A stretch of DNA of 64,000 nt from a virus. A program made the translations under genes and the position numbers. Positions within the stretch are counted from its first letter, which is position 1. Every line of letters starts with the position of its first letter. The notes beneath the pieces are model-generated. The model was not told where the DNA came from and did no database searches. It was given only the letters and a program-made list of their open reading frames with translations. This document shows positions 62,600 through 64,000 of this stretch, piece after piece. The stretch spans positions 1 to 64,000 of the IMG/VR virus record IMGVR_UViG_3300025150_000006; one strand, given 5' to 3'.

Positions 62600-63093
62600 C
62601 TACCTCCTAGCTTCTTGACGAGACCTGACAACCAGGTCACCGATTCAGGTTCCTCGTCATCATCACTCTCGCCCGCCTCCTGGATGGCTTCCTCGACCTC
62701 CCGAACGCTCGGGACCTCGTTGGGATCGTCGAGCACCCACATCAGAGCCGCGAGATCAGGGAACTCCGAAGCGATAAGGCCTCGATCACCGCTTTGGATG
62801 AGGGCGTGGAACTCTTCCTTCACCTCAGCCTTGGTCTTCAAGGGCTCCCAGAAGGGGCAGCTCCGAGCCATGTCCGAGCATCCTGGAATCCGGTCATCAC
62901 AGGGGATGTGTCGTGGCTTCCCCTTCATCCCCATGAACCCACAAAGGTGCACCGAACTGGTGTCATCCAGCGGAAACTCCACGTTGTGGGTGCAGGTGTC
63001 AGGGCGTTGCTTGAACAAGTCGCGCAACCGCTTCTTGAGATGACGGAAGGTCACCTGCTTGACCTGATGTCGGATCTGACCTTGTGACCGCAT
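62596..63093 (-). CDS. Cys-rich hypothetical protein
   Basis: C-x-HN...C...C...C...CPFW. Confidence 0.65.
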   Translation of the reverse strand: MRSQGQIRHQVKQVTFRHLKKRLRDLFKQRPDTCTHNVEFPLDDTSSVHLCGFMGMKGKPRHIPCDDRIPGCSDMARSCPFWEPLKTKAEVKEEFHALIQSGDRGLIASEFPDLAALMWVLDDPNEVPSVREVEEAIQEAGESDDDEEPESVTWLSGLVKKLGGR

Positions 63094-63128
63094 TCTATCT
63101 CCCCTGAAAGCCCCTCACCCTACCCGTC

Positions 63129-63671
63129 CTAGTCGTCCAGATAGTCCAGAACCGCCGCAACCTCTTCCGGCGTCACCTTGGCGACTCGCATCCCGATGAA
63201 TGCCAGAACCTCCTGACATTCAGCATCTGTCAGGGGCTTGATGGCCTGGCGGAGTTCCTTCTTCGGGTCATCGACCTTTTTGGGGACCCGCCCTTGACTC
63301 TGAATCTCCAAACGTCGGGTCACCCACTGACTCTGAGGAACCGAAGTCCAAACTACTGCCTTACATCCAGAACGAGTTACACGTTGTGTTCCTGAATCCG
63401 TGATTGCTCCCACCAACACTAAGTCTCGGCGACGGGCACTTGCTGTTTGATGACGAAGTCCAAGGGCCACCTCTATTTCATCATCAGTTGCCCCATTGGG
63501 ATGCTGGTCTACAATGTACTGTAAAACCTTAGCCTTCAGAATGGATACATGCGGTTTAATGCTCTGAGCAGCCTGCTCCGAAGTGTTGGATCCTCGCACA
63601 AAAGGTGGACCTCCCTCGGCCGAGGGGGAGTCCAGCAGAAAACCCAGGTCATCTTCGTCATCCCAGCTCAT
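63129..63671 (-). CDS. Winged-HTH protein
   Basis: TSEQAA...GATDDEIE...HQTASARRRDL...RVTRSG. Confidence 0.7.
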   Translation of the reverse strand: MSWDDEDDLGFLLDSPSAEGGPPFVRGSNTSEQAAQSIKPHVSILKAKVLQYIVDQHPNGATDDEIEVALGLRHQTASARRRDLVLVGAITDSGTQRVTRSGCKAVVWTSVPQSQWVTRRLEIQSQGRVPKKVDDPKKELRQAIKPLTDAECQEVLAFIGMRVAKVTPEEVAAVLDYLDD

Positions 63672-64000
63672 CTCAACCTCTCGAACTTCGCCCCACTCTT
63701 GGTCCGCACAATCCGGTAGGCCCGGTTTGCAGCATCCACGAGGGCGGGGTTGTGGGTCACCAACAGGATGTCGATCTCCAGGCGCTCACAGATCAACTGG
63801 AGGAACTCGCCCATGTTCTGGACGTAGTTGCCGTCGAACGCCGGCAGGCTCTCGTCGAGAAGGAGCAGGGGCCGAAGCCCCCGCCTCTTCATCACGATGA
63901 TGCGCAGCAACACCGACTGCACCGTGGCCACAGCCCCACCAAAGGCATCATTGGTGACGCCTCGGATCACCGTACCGTCGGGCCTCTCATGAACCGTGAG
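63668..64000 (-). CDS. C-terminus of an SbcC/Rad50-like ATPase, cut by the window edge
   Basis: FGG signature-like, LLLLDE Walker B, LVTH. Confidence 0.8.
   Translation of the reverse strand, partial: LTVHERPDGTVIRGVTNDAFGGAVATVQSVLLRIIVMKRRGLRPLLLLDESLPAFDGNYVQNMGEFLQLICERLEIDILLVTHNPALVDAANRAYRIVRTKSGAKFERLR

Overview
A 64-kb slice of a high-GC (roughly 60-65%) large tailed phage genome, mostly coded on the minus strand. Read right to left it has four parts. (1) A replication/transcription block: SbcC-like C-terminus, Toprim primase, DnaX, a NusG paralog and a sigma-region-4 protein. (2) A long head-morphogenesis region: many putative internal head proteins, terminase large subunit with two LAGLIDADG inteins, portal, DNA MTase, a 2115-aa multi-enzyme protein, prohead-protease-like protein, EF-hand scaffold, decoration protein and HK97-like major capsid protein. 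(3) Further virion paralogs and a putative neck gene. (4) Accessory genes: vWA, DUF3307, DUF6527, dCTP deaminase, NUDIX and a lipoprotein. The most notable observations are: (a) a putative virion cargo system, in which many head-region proteins share an R-[VL]-A-x-R-[YFW] helix and [KR]-x-A putative protease sites, including the 2115-aa polyprotein that carries a CCA-adding-type nucleotidyltransferase and a type IB topoisomerase; (b) an HNH gene nested out of frame in that polyprotein, flanked by a recoded 21-codon duplication, with the host frame still open; (c) an atypically split intein (34-aa IntN, 134-aa IntC) fracturing a virion gene around a free-standing endonuclease; (d) fixed-spacing phage promoter-like motifs, GGGGCTCAA-N14-CCGTAGTAG and TAGTTCnCCTAT-N12-GTAG; (e) three ORF-free, densely structured intergenic regions that look like large ncRNAs. 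Family assignments come from motif recognition by eye; no database searches were run.
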